Of a stretch of DNA of 64,000 nucleotides, positions 51,794-64,000 are shown one piece after another. Source of the stretch: Chara braunii (Eukaryota; Plantae; Charophyceae). The notes under the pieces were generated by a model. The model made no database searches and had not been told where the DNA came from. It saw only the letters and a list, made by a program, of their open reading frames with translations. Every line of letters begins with the position of its first letter. Position 1 is the first letter of the stretch. Location: the NCBI GenBank assembly GCA_003427395.1, contig BFEA01000009.1, forward strand, positions 5,515,955 to 5,579,954, read 5' to 3'. A program made the position numbers and the translations under genes.

Positions 51794-53858
51794 ATGTCAC
51801 AGAAGGGAGGGGCGGCGGGTCCTTCCAGGACAGTTCCTGGGAGGGAAGGACGAAAGAGGATGCAGTAGGTAACAAAGGATTCTCAAGGGATGCCAATCTA
51901 CAAGAAAGGAGACAATTTGAGAGTATTCCTGAGGGAGTTTGAAGAGTATGCCTTCAGAAGGGAGTGAGATACTCAGACCATGTTGCAAAAGGTGACAGGA
52001 TTGGGAAAATGTAACGAGGTGATGGATGAGATTGCCTCAAATTGTCTGGGATGGATGACCTTCAAAACCAAGATGTGGGTTAGATATGGGGATTTGACAA
52101 GGGATGAGATCGAAGATGATATCATCTTCGATGGTACAAACTTGGAAGACTTTGAGGATAGTATCAAACTTTGTGCAGAGAAAAGAAGGTGAAGCGAGAA
52201 GAAGAAGTTGGAACAGGTGATGAAGAGAATAGCACCTAGGGAATATGAGGCAGTGAAAAAGGTCAGGGAAGATTCGGATACCTGGGGAGGTTTCCTTGTC
52301 AAGATGAGAAAGGCCTATCCCTTGGAGGTACAGCAGCAGAAGAAGAAACAACTACTTCAGGAACAGGGATTGTGGATAGGCAAGAGAGGAGAATGAAGGA
52401 GGTGACACATCTCCTCGACGAGAGAATGACGAGGCTAAGGCTCAAGGTGGAGGTGGCTCGATGAAGGAAGATAAAACACAAGGAAGGAGGGAACGCGTCG
52501 AGAAGGAAGTGGAAGGCAGTGATATGTCTCGAAAGGTAAAGAAGGGAGGTGAAAAGATGAAAGTAAGAAAAGGAAAGAAAAAGGATGAGGAGATAGTTGA
52601 AGAGGTTGGACCGTCAGAAAAGGTTGAAACAACTACCTCAGGGGAACCTCCAAAGGAACAGGGCTCAAGGAGATTGACAGAGGAAGAGAGGCAGAAGAGA
52701 GAGGAAAACAACAAAGAGTGGAGGAACCCAAGTCGTTACCCTCCTACGAGAAAAGAAGTTGCCTCCAGACGCGCCTTGGAGCCTGAAGCTGGAAAAGATA
52801 CTACTTATTGAGATTGTGGTCAGTTCCAACTGGACTCTGATGTAAACAGATTGATCCGATTGCATGAAAAGCTCAGGGAGGATTGTGAGTGGCTCCTTGA
52901 AGGAGAAGGAGAAGCCGAAGTGGCCAATAAGTTGGGAAAAGTGAAGGAAGGAAGAAAAAAGAAAGTGGAGATCCCTGTTTAGGAACTCCAAGACAGGATA
53001 AGGGAGAAGACAGAGCTGCTCACGCAGGGGGTGGCAAGCCATGCCCCCGAAATTCTGAAGGAGATTCTGAGGTTACGAGCAAGGGAAGAGAAAAGGGATA
53101 TGCAGTGGACAAGGATGGAGAAGAAGGTGGAAAGTTTGAAGACAGGGATAGAAAAGGCAAAAATTGAACAGGGGAGATTGAAAGTGAAGGTGGAGGCACT
53201 AAACACCGCCCTTGACAGCAAGAGCAAGGATGCGAAAACAGAGAAAATGGAGAGAGAGAGGTTAAAAAAAGAGGTTGGTAAGTTGAAGATAAAAATCAGT
53301 GAGCAGGATAAGACGATTGAATCTGAGAAGAATGAGAGAAAACAGGAAAGTGAGAAATGAGAAAAGAGATAGAAAAAGGTGAAAAATGCATTGAAGAAGT
53401 CCAAAGCGGACATTCTGACAAAAGTCGAAACAAGAGACATTGAGAAGGCGGAGGACAAAGAGAAGGATCCAAGAGAAGAAGGAGACAAGGGAAAACTTGA
53501 TGGTAAACAAGACAAAGAGGCCGTGAAAGAAATTGTCACCTCGCTTGGTGAAAATGTTGAAAAATCCTCGCTGATTGAAAGCGGAATGGGACAGGATAAG
53601 AAGAGGTCTTATCTGGAAATGTTAATCGGGGCATTATCTCAGGATCTTCCATCATCTACGAAAAGAACAAAGGAGGACGAAAATAAGTTATACTGGTATT
53701 TTATGAAGGAAATTCACAGGAGAGATGAGTGTCCTGGTTTTAAGGCAGATATGGCTAAAGGGTTGGTTGATCTTGATGAAAACATCAGACTCATCGATAA
53801 AAGGGGAAATCTGATCAAAAGAACCAAGAAAGGGTTCAAAGTCCAATTGTATGAGTAA
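51794..53858 (+). pseudogene. 3' additional ORF with gag-like capsid motifs, a coiled coil and a knuckle-like C-terminus
   Basis: IFDGTNLEDF..TWGGFLVKMRKAYP; YWYFMKEIHRRDECP..LIDKRGNLI parallels gag CTHC..H..C..VFDKRGNKI. Confidence 0.6.
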
Positions 53859-54590
53859 TTGGGACTCACCTTAGAGGATTAGAGTGAAACAATTTTGAGA
53901 CCTTTCTCAAGTATGTGAGACGTGATTTTTATGTTTTTGTTTCTCTCATAAAATGTATTGTATATTAGAAATTGAGGATAATGGAAATAGTGTGGTAAGA
54001 GCGTTATTCACTCTACTTAGACATAGCTTCAGATAGGGTATTTTAGTCAATCACGAGTGTATGCTCAAATTATGTACATTTGTTAGGTTTATGAGATTTT
54101 GTAATATCCTTTACGTTCTTCCGACTCGGCATTTGTACTCTAGTAGTTGAGGATAGATGAGACGAGTGATTCATTTTTGCCATGGGGCTCTGTGCTTTAG
54201 TCTGGATTGATTTGGACTTATACCTTGTATTCAGTTGAACTTTTTTGTCATAAGTTTATTTGCGAGGTATACCTATGGGGAACGTGAGTACTTTTCACTT
54301 TCACAATTGAGAAGGTTAAGTGTCTGGTGTTGATGGATGAAATATGTATCTTGAATGTGAAAGTCGGTTGTGTTGTCGAATCTTGAACTAGGATGCTAAG
54401 GAAAGCGCCTAAGTGTTCAAGAATGACAGAGTGAAATGTGACTTGTACAGTCGGAAAAAGTGCTTTGCATTTGTGGTCAATCTTTTTCATACTTCACCTT
54501 ATGTGGTTATTTTTGAAAGGGACATGAAAATGGTCAAAAAAATTGAGGCATTTGAAAAACCCTGTGAGTCAGGAAAATGTATGTTATGAA

Positions 54591-55148
54591 CTAGGTTACC
54601 GGGCCGGACGTCCGGGACCCCCCTGACCGTCCGGGATGTCCGACCGGACGTCTGGTCGGACGTCGGACCGGACAGGGTATGTCCGACCTGGCGCAAAAAA
54701 AAAAAAACATTTTTTTTTTTTTTTTGAAAAACAGCATATGGCTTCCACCTTGAATTAGGTGTATGCCACGAAATTTTTGGATCATTTGGGCCAGTGGAAT
54801 AAATAATAAAAATCTTTAAAGATTCATTGCCCATCTATACCCCTCCTATCCACACCAAAACCCCTTTTTACCCCCCCTCCCCCCCCCAAATACCACCCTA
54901 TCAGCAAATGCTCAGAAAAATCTGAAATTTTTTGTGAGGGGTCTCTAGGCCATGCGCAACACTGNNNNNNNNNNNNNNNNNNNNTTTTTTTTTTTTTTTT
55001 TTTTTTGTGCCAAAAAGGCGTCGTCCGAAAATCCGGACGACGGGGGGGGGAGACGTCCGGGGGAGACGTCCGAGGGAGACGTCCGGGGGAGACGTCCGAG
55101 GGAGACGTCCGATGGAGACGTCCGGTTTCCGGACCATTGGTAACCTAG
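54591..55148. mobile_element. MITE with TIR CTAGGTTACC and 8-bp TSD gttatgaa
   Basis: Perfect 10-bp TIR; TSD at 54583-54590 and 55149-55156; GACGTCCG subterminal repeat arrays. Confidence 0.92.
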
Positions 55149-56274
55149 GTTATGAATGAAATAAATGTTTTTCCTGCCTTCTGTCAAGACAAGGAGTCAA
55201 CACACATACTTTTTGTACTTTCTTTATGAATATTTTGGTTGGTTTTTCTATTGGAGAAAGATCCTCGAGACGTGTGTCTGTCCAGCCTGTGATCAAGGTC
55301 TGGGAGGCATGGCCCCTAAGTGGCTCTGACGATGCCCTTCGATCAGAGACAAATATGACAATCATGTTAAATCATTTCTTATTTCTAAAATTGTTGTCTT
55401 TCATATACACATTTAATGGGATTGTTTACCCATTCAAAGACAACTGACGAGGGGATAAAAATTCTTTGGCCAAATTGATTTTCATATGTCATCGCCCATC
55501 CACTTATGGAGGTCAGTCTGAGGGACTTAAAATTACCAAGCCTATGGTGGAAAATTGACATCGTTGGGACGTAACTCCCAGCGTGGGCTGCTGACCAAGT
55601 ACAACCAGGCAGCGAGCCTTCCGATTACTATCAGGAGCTGAGACCTAAGGAGAGTCTCCTTGATGATGGGATTGGTTCAGGTAGATATCGGAGGGATCAA
55701 GAGTCAGGTCTAGATATTTTGATAGGAAGATTTTATCCTGTATTGCGTAACCAATACGGGTACCACCATTAAAATAACAAAACGGTGGGCCGCAAATCCG
55801 GCCTAATCAACCGACTGTGGTGGGTTGAGGCCAAGGTCGCCGTTCCCCTCGCATTAGACTTCGGGTGGGACGGTAAAATATGACTTAAGTTAAGACCTGC
55901 GTTCAAAGAGTAGGATTCGATTATGATTCCTAACTCCTCGGACACCCAACGAGATTATTGTTAATAAAGTCTAAAGTTGTGGGGAGAGGCTATCATTTTC
56001 TTCCTTGGTGACCTCTGTAACTGTAGTACAGATCCAGTATCCCCACTTTGAGTCATATGGAATAATTTTCTTTGGTATTACAATTTTTTCAGATATGTGG
56101 AAGACCCAGGTTAAAATTCTGGCAGTATGGACGCACCAAGGGGGACAATGAGGGTCTTCAAACCACAACTTCATCCAGCAAAGCGGATTTTGACAACTCA
56201 TCGCGTTAGAAGGCCTTTGTTTGCGTTTAGATTCCCCAGCGACGGGGACGTCACTTAATGGAGTCCGGAAAGAC

Positions 56275-57891
56275 TGTCGGAGCAAACACCCTTACATGGG
56301 CATTTGCTCATGATTTTGCTTACGATACAGTATCAACGCCGGTCGTCGTGCCAGAAACAGGCTGGGGTAAAAAGTGAGAATTTTTGACATATCGCCATAA
56401 AGCTAATCTTCTCGACCATTGGGGTCGATATTTCTAAGTGACCATACGCAGTGATACGACGCATACGAAAACAGGTAAGGGTTAGCAAAAGTTCAAAGTC
56501 CTCAACCGCAAGGGCCGGAGGATTGGAAGAAAACAAGAAAGGGTCGTGCGGGATGAGTTGACCACAATCTAAATCAGTCAAAGGATCAAGTTGTTAGGGA
56601 AAACGAATTAGATCTAGTCCAGGGGCATCGGACCAACCAGAACGGGAAGAATCTGCTGGACGCACCGCCGTAAGCTCGAAAGATGAATGAAAATAATAAT
56701 ATAAGCCCCGATCGTGCGGCCAGGGCAGCCAATAGAAATGTGCCACCACCACACCAAGCGGCGACGACCGGTACCGGACCTCTAAAAATATCAATTTTTG
56801 TCCTCCTCTACGCGGCCGCGAGTGCCGGGCACATCTACCTCTACTTTGTGTGGCGCCAGCCTATCCGTTACTTGAGTATTTTCCCCATTGCAACCCTCAA
56901 TGACACGGTCACAAATAATTACAGACTCTTCGGGCCTTCGGGTGAATCAAATGCTCTTGCGGGTCACCACACATGCACTCAAACCAACGAACACTAAGAC
57001 AAGTGTGTGGATTAGCAAGCGTCCACACACACTGATTTGGGAGAGGGCTCGGGCCACTAGTTGGGTCGAGCCTCACTGCTCTACATATCAGTAAGTAGCT
57101 CCTCCACTAACCGTGGTTGGAACTAGCTCAATAGGATTCGGGGTAGGCTGTCAAGCTGGAGGTACTGAGATCGAATCTGCCCCGAGCCTTGAGCTAGCTC
57201 CTTTTATGCTATAAAGGAACTACTCTTTTTCCCCAACTTCGGCCGACGGGGATTTGACCCCGTGACCTAGAGTTCGGGGATTGCTGCGGTTAGGAAGGGG
57301 CAACGACAGTTGGCACGATTAGGAAATTGGTAGTTAGATTATGTTTTTCGTTCTTTGCTTTTTCGTTTATTTCTTATTGTTGGTTTGTTTCTTGTTGTTC
57401 CTCGCCCGACCGGTAGCTACAGCCGATAGATTTACTTCAAGGGAATCTGCCACGGAATGTAGGGCAGATTCATTCAACCCGACTACTGCATGAGTCATTT
57501 AGTCGTGTGTACTTGGACGTGGGAAACAGAAGAGGAAAAAGTGAGCGAGGCAGCGCGGGCAGAGCGGAGTGATCGAGGGGCACGACGTATTTCGTGACAA
57601 GGAAGGAGGAAAAGAGAGAGGTGATCGGGAACGAAGGAGGAAAAGCACTAGCAGGCCAGAAAACAGGGGATCGTGCGGAAGCACCGGAACGCGATGTGGA
57701 GGGGAAGAAGAAGAAGAAAGAGATGAGTGAAGAAGAGGAGGAAGACAAAGAAGAAGAAGAAGAAGAAGAAGAAGAAGAAGAAGAAGAAGAAGGAGGCGAG
57801 GGGATGAGTTGCGAGCATTAAGGGCAGTTTTTGGTTCGTAGAGAACGGGCGAGTCATTTTGGCGAACGAAAGAACGTTTCCACGGCATCAC
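56275..57891 (-). mobile_element. Large LTR, copy B (probable 5' LTR, truncated by an insertion at ~57892)
   Basis: Direct repeat of 15335-16911; PBS-like tgacgtccccgtcgctggggaa about 21 nt downstream on the minus strand (56232-56253). Confidence 0.8.
57119..57205 (+). ncRNA. Putative Pol III small RNA cassette inside LTR B
   Basis: Terminal stem ggaactagctcaa/ttgagctagctcc followed by tttt; inner stem ttcggggtag/ctgccccgag; A-box-like tagctcaatagg; B-box-like agatcgaatc. Confidence 0.55.
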
Positions 57892-58066
57892 TATGACCTA
57901 GGCCAAGGGCGGGAGGTTCATTCATTCGGTTGTTCATTCGTTCATTGGCCGGACTGGACCTTCACTCAGCAGCTGCTTCTTGTCTGTGTCCATCTCCTCT
58001 CTATCTCTCTCTCTCTCACCGTCTCCGCACGTGCCCTCCGCACACGCATCACATTGGTATCAGAGC
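57892..58066 (+). mobile_element. Short LTR (~160 bp) followed by an initiator-Met PBS
   Basis: ...atcaca-t-TGGTATCAGAGC at 58055-58066; begins where similarity to LTR A stops. Confidence 0.7.
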
Positions 58067-58611
58067 GGAGTCTCGACCTCTGCTCCCCCCCCCCCCCCCC
58101 TCCTATTGCTATCCTTCCATCACGGATAGGTATCTCCAACTCTGTTTTTACACCTGCACCTGGTTCGTCATCGCGACTAGATACTGTCGCCATCCAAGTT
58201 GGCGCCTTTCCCCTCGGCGATCCCCAAGACGGCGCTGCTCCACCTGTTGTGGCCCTCCTATGTCACCAACTGGGTGCTGCTCCACTGCCTGTTGCTCCTA
58301 CCAACTGAATGGCCAGGTGACCTGTCTGGATCGCCGTGACTGGTTGTGCTGTGAGAAGTTCATTGAACGTTATCATTCAGGGGAAGGAGAAGCCGTAACA
58401 AGGGCTCCGTAAGCGGACCTGCGGAGGATTGCCTCCCGCCTGATTATTCCCCCTCCTTTCCCCTTTCCCCGCCTTCTCCCCGAACCTTCCCCCCCCGCTT
58501 GGCTTCCCATCAACCTTCTCCCCCCATCGTGCACTCCCTCCGCAGAGTTTGCACCACCCGTTTTCCCTCTCTCGGACTCGTTTCCCGCGGTGCTGTTGTG
58601 CCCGCCACTTC

Positions 58612-58646
<35 letters not shown>

Positions 58647-59899
58647 TAGTCGCGGCTGTTCCCCCCCTTCTACCCGATGTTCCACCCGTACCCCGCCCGT
58701 TCCCGATTCCACCCCCGCCGCGCTCCCGACACCGCTGCCACTCCTGGTCCTCCTCCTCCGCCCACCACCTAACACCTCCCGCTCCTCCTCGATTGCGATT
58801 TCCCCCTCCCTCCTCCCTGCGCCCCGACTCCCCGATCCGGATCCCACCCCCCACCACCGGTTTGACATTCCCCCCCTTCCCCAACTGCATACCCGACCCA
58901 ATCGCCCAATCCCGATCCCAATCCCCATCCCAATCCCGATCCCAATTGCATACCCCACCATCCCTTCTCATCCCCCCCCGATTTCNNNNNNNNNNNNNNN
59001 NNNNNNNNNNNNNNNNNNNNNNNNNNNNNNNNNNNNNNNNNNNNNNNNNNNNNNNNNNNNNNNNNNNNNNNNNNNNNNNNNNNNNNNNNNNNNNNNNNNN
59101 NNNNNNNNNNNNNNNNNNNNNNNNNNNNNNNNNNNNNNNNNNNNNNNNNNNNNNNNNNNNNNNNNNNNNNNNNNNNNNNNNNNNNNNNNNNNNNNNNNNN
59201 NNNNNNNNNNNNNNNNNNNNNNNNNNNNNNNNNNNNNNNNNNNNNNNNNNNNNNNNNNNNNNNNNNNNNNNNNNNNNNNNNNNNNNNNNNNNNNNNNNNN
59301 NNNNNNNNNNNNNNNNNNNNNNNNNNNNNNNNNNNNNNNNNNNNNNNNNNNNNNNNNNNNNNNNNNNNNNNNNNNNNNNNNNNNNNNNNNNNNNNNNNNN
59401 NNNNNNNNNNNNNNNNNNNNNNNNNNNNNNNNNNNNNNNNNNNNNNNNNNNNNNNNNNNNNNNNNNNNNNNNNNNNNNNNNNNNNNNNNNNNNNNNNNNN
59501 NNNNNNNNNNNNNNNNNNNNNNNNNNNNNNNNNNNNNNNNGCCTGCCAGCATTGATTACCCTTGATCCCAGGGGATTGACTGAACAGGACTTTATGAAGA
59601 TCCCCAAACATCTTAAGAAAATCTTGAGAAAACTTAAGAAAGTCATAAGATAATCCCCAAATCCCCCAAAACCCATAAGGAACCTCATAAAAAGTCCCTT
59701 TGAGGAGTAATCTGTTTGTCTATTCCCCTTGCAGCAGTTGTTCCTGGAGCAAGCTCTCGCATCTCTTCACGCTTCCGCAGAGGGCGCCGAATAAACCTGT
59801 TGATCCCTGATACTTATGTAGAAGCTCTATATTCCCGATCCAGCTTGTCAAGTGTCCTCCTCAGCTTGTCGATTGTGCTCCTCAGCTGCGTCAGTGGGG

Positions 59900-61241
59900 G
59901 GGACCAGACAGGATAGACAAACAAGAACCTTCCTGGGGGGCTCCAGGGAAGGGTTCCTCGCGTGGATCGGAGGGGAAGGACAGATATTCCATTTAGGGTG
60001 GGATTTCATCCAGTGATAGGGCGTGGGGTGGGAAGGGGTCTGGGAATTCTGTGGGGGGGCATAGTGGGAATGAGGCCTCAATGTCAGTCCAATTTTTTGA
60101 AAACCAGCCTATAGTCTCTTACTTCCTCTAGGGCGCTTATCCCTCCCTCCTGATCCTCGCTCCACACCACCTTTGCAATCCAACCGTCCCTTTCCCCCCC
60201 TACCCAGTTCTTGCAAAATTCCGTAATCTTCCTTTTGACATCCCCTTGCTGTTTAAAAACATCCAATTGTTCCTTTTTGTCTCACCACCTGCGTGTGAGC
60301 TGAAGGTTTAATTGCTGCTGGATTTGTTCTGTAGTTTCCGCAACCTCCACCCGAACCTTTTTCATGGTCAGAGTGCATCTTTGCCACCAGAGCGCCCACA
60401 TCACTGCCTTCCTACCCACTCTATACATATTCTCCGTAAATGACGTACTCGTGTCTGTCTGAGGCCAATGTCCAGCCAAAATGGCCTGCCATGACCATGG
60501 CCACGGAACATCATGCTCCATCTTTCGCCAGACCCGTTCCCACCATCTCCATATGAATTGGGCAATCGGACACTGCATAAAAATGTGCTCAATGGTCTCA
60601 GCCTTTTTGTGGAAGGGAAAAAGATTCTGGCATCGCTGACACCACGGAAGAAGCAGGCCTTTCTGTTCGAGATTTGTTCGATTGATTAGCTAGTCGTTTG
60701 TTGGCAGGCAGCGGTGAGTTATCTGCCACTGGAGTGAGGTAATTTTCATTGGCTTGTGCTTTTGTTCTTTGAACCAGTGGATTGGAGTCAACAGAGAGCG
60801 GTCAATATTCAGGTGTCTGGCCCATCGTTCGTTTATTACATCTCTTAGGTAGCGATTGGGTCGGAGCATTTTATATGCGGACTTGACCGTTAATGAGTGC
60901 AAACCCATATGTCTTGCTTCAGGCACCCCCCTCTTCCCAGGAACCTGCCACATCCATTCCGCCGGATCCAAGGCCAAATCCTGGATTGGTTTATCTGGCT
61001 GGAAGGCCACCCTCTGCCCCTTTTCTTCTATGACTCTCACACGGTTAATCGTTGCCCTATTTATCCATGTCAGGGGTATGTCACTTGCCTGGAGCATATT
61101 TGTGTCTGTGATGATGTGGTGTTCAATCAGAACCATTTGGGGGGAGACCATGTAGATAAGACCAAGACGGTGTGGACTCTCTGGGGTCCTTACCCAATCA
61201 CCTTCTTTCAAACTGGGCCTCTCCTCGGGATCCGATACCAT
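59900..61241 (-). pseudogene. 5'-truncated LINE (L1/Tx1-like) ORF2 C-terminus with zf-RVT
   Basis: LTVKSAYKML, WQITHRCLPT, ETIEHIFMQCPIAQFIW, VMWALWWQR. Confidence 0.85.
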
Positions 61242-64000
61242 TCACCCCCCACCTCCTACCCCGACTCCGACCCACTGCGTCCCGACTCCCTCCCGAGTGC
61301 ACGTGTTCGCAGTCGCCCCANCCCCCCCCCCTCGCTCCATTCTCCCCCCCCCCTCCACTCCGCTCTACTCTGCCCCGACGCCGCCCTCCCCCNCTCCTGT
61401 CCCCAGCTCCGNCCCAGCTCCCCCCNTGCTTCCCCACGTCCCCCNGCTACTGCGCCCCGACCCNAACCCGCTGTTTTCCTTCCNCCCACCNGACTCCGAC
61501 TTTCCCCCCACTCNCGATCCCAACGTCGTCCCCCCACCCGCTGCGTTTCGCTGTAATCCTGACCCGCCCTCCCACGTCACCTCCCTCTCCCCCGCTCCGC
61601 CCCCGACCGTTCTCCTTCTCCCTCCCTTCTTTAATCTCGACCCCGACCTGCGCCCCACCGCCCCCCCTCCCAATCCCGACCCTGATATCCCCCGCCTCCC
61701 ATATTCCGACCACCACCTCTCCCGATTTCCCCCCCCGACCCTATCTTGGCCCCGCCCCAACCCCGATCCAAACCAGTACCCGATTCCAAATTTCACCGTG
61801 CACATGTGCGCGCGATCTTCACCCTATCTACCTCCCTCTGAGCGCACCTGCACATTGAGACTACTGGCGGCCGCGGCACATCTGTTCGAAGATAACGCAG
61901 GTGTCCTCTCATGAGCTCATCGAAAACGAAAGTCTCGTGAGGAGCGAAAGGACAAACGCTCATTTCATTTTGATTTCCAGTATGAATACAAACTGTGAGA
62001 GGCTGGCCCACTCAGCAAGGGCCACCATCATCATCATCATCGCCGCTATTGTCAACATCGCCATCGCCACGGCTTCTCACCCTCATTGCGCGTTTCCATC
62101 CGGCGACCTCGTCGTTCCACCGGGGGAACGATCGTGAAGACCCTTTAGGGGTATGTTCAAGACCTTCCTCGACTAGGAGGAAGGACATCTATTGCACCCG
62201 GCTGACCGGGAGCGCGGTATTGTCAATCTCTACCTCTTACTAATTCCCTCCCTTCCTCTCGTCGATCTCTCTCAAAGATTCCATCTTTTTCCTCTTCTTC
62301 TATCTCCTCTCCAACCCCCCTTCTCTTCTCCACCCTCCCACCCAATTGGTCGCATCATCCAAAATTTCTACTACATGTGACACGTATCTTCCTTCTTTGT
62401 GCTTCTCTGACAATGCTGTCCATTCAGCCGTTCATAATTTCAATTTAATTTGATAGGATTAATCTTTATCTTCTTTTCCACCAACGCCGTGAACAAAATT
62501 AATTCTGGCACTTTTATTCAAAAGTTATGTAAATTTCTTTATTTTATCAGATTCTTTTTGTTATTTAACTCCAAAATTCAATTCCTTTTCAGAAATTCGT
62601 GAAATAAATCCCAGAATTTACTAAATTTAATTCTTCTGAAGTCAAATCAATTTTGTTGTCTCCTCACCCGTAACATTACGAAATTCTGCAATTCCTTTGA
62701 AATGCCGTGGATTTTTTTTTGATTTTTTTGTGAAATTCACCTCAATCTTGTAACACGTGGAGAAAATGTTCTGATCTGACCTAGATAATTCTGGAATTTC
62801 TCCCAACTTATTGTACTTGGCTTTCACTAACTCTTCATGAAATTTCATCGTAAATTCTTAATTTAGGAATTAGTTTTCTACTTTTATTTTAAATTTCCTT
62901 TAAAAAAAAATTAATTCTGAAAATACATTGAGGAATTTTCCATTTTATTGCAAAAATTTTCCTATCAACTCATCTCTACATCTTAATATCTCCTCGAACT
63001 TTCGTAAATTTTTACGAATGTTTTTGAAATTCCTTGAATTGTACTTCAATTTCTTCTAAATTTCAAAATTACGTCCAAATATTTTCGAAATTTTATTTTG
63101 AATTCGTGATTGTCTTATGCATGCTCTCGTCTAGACCCCACACTATTCTTTGAAAATTTCCTCTCATTTTCTTCCCTGAATTGGAAATCGTCATCTTTTT
63201 CCCTCACTCTGATTTTGAATTCGATTGATTTAATTTTGGAAGTTCATCAGACCTCGTTTATACTCGCTTTCCTCTCGCAGTCCCTTACTCCTCTTTCTGC
63301 GTACCAACCTCGCTCCCCGTGACACCCATCAGCGCGCACTCGAAAATCGCTCGTGCCGCAAACCGACTCGCTCACTGTGACGCACCGACTGCTGCCACTG
63401 AGCGCCCCCCCGCCCCAGTTCTCCCTCCTCACCTTCTCCATCCCTTGACCCCATGCAGACTACCGAATTTGCGAGCCCCTCCCGCTCCACCAGCGAAGGA
63501 CTTGCGTTCCTAGCTCACGAGCCTACATCCGACTCAATGGTCACCCCTATGGCAACCAGTTCGGGCCTAGCTTCCCAGTCGGATCCCATAGTGGACCTCC
63601 TCCACCACATGCAGGCCACACTCGAGGCCAAAATCACGGCCCTCCATACCGACTTCTCATCCCTGTCGGCCCGCGTGTGATAGTTGGAGCCCCTACCAGT
63701 ACATCCCCCCCCACACCCCCCTCATCTGCATCTATGCCAGCTTCCTCTCCTTGTTCGACTGGCGTCATCTACACACTTGTCTCTTCCACTGGCTGCATGT
63801 CCTCATCCTATCCCCACCCTTCCTCTGCAGCCATCTCTGCCTCTCAGGTATCTACCCCTGCACCTCCCTCCTCAGGACCCATGGCATCTTGTCCCGCCAC
63901 CTCCTCGACGTTAGTCTCCACGGCACCTCCCTCATCACCCCTCGCTTCTTCCCACCCCCCCTACCCCCTCCTTACACCAGGACACAGAATGCCGAACTCC

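Larger units (their letters stand above)
30993..55900 (+). mobile_element. Large degenerate non-chromovirus Ty3/gypsy element (Ylt1/fungal-like RT) with nested insertions; boundaries approximate and no 3' LTR found
   Basis: LTR-like end at 32062 or 32083, PBS 32086-32103, gag from 45206, PR-RT-RH-INT 47580-51775; the ORF interrupted at 34058 resumes at 43231. Confidence 0.75.

Noticed and set aside
61240-64000. Pro-rich ORFs and a possible gag start near 63540
   Set aside because: C-rich low-complexity sequence with ambiguous bases, stops and no diagnostic motif within the window

Overview
Eukaryotic, repeat-dominated draft-assembly DNA with N gaps and many microsatellites; no intact host gene is recognisable. 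The TE content suggests a streptophyte alga such as Chara (inference only). Main contents: (1) a complete but mutated chromovirus-type Ty3/gypsy element on the minus strand (34059-43226; TG..CA LTRs, 4-bp TSD ATAG). (2) It is nested in a large degenerate plus-strand non-chromovirus Ty3/gypsy element (~31.0-55.9 kb) with a tRNA-Asp-type PBS, two paralogous unknown ORFs upstream of gag and a second gag-like ORF downstream of pol. (3) Two copies of a related large LTR (15335-16918 and 56275-57891). (4) Three MITEs with CT(A/G)..TAG ends and 8-bp TSDs, a poly(A) retroposon with an 18-bp TSD, a LINE 3' fragment, a short LTR with a Met PBS, several structured tandem repeats, a decayed array of an unknown protein module, and a Nextera mate-pair adapter artefact. 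The most notable signal is that all three related LTR regions carry an antisense ~90-nt Pol III-like cassette (TATA-like motif, A box, B box, terminal panhandle, T4 end) with conserved architecture but divergent sequence. In one LTR this cassette is followed by three perfect hairpins and the 3' half of U6 snRNA. All alignments and folds were done by eye.
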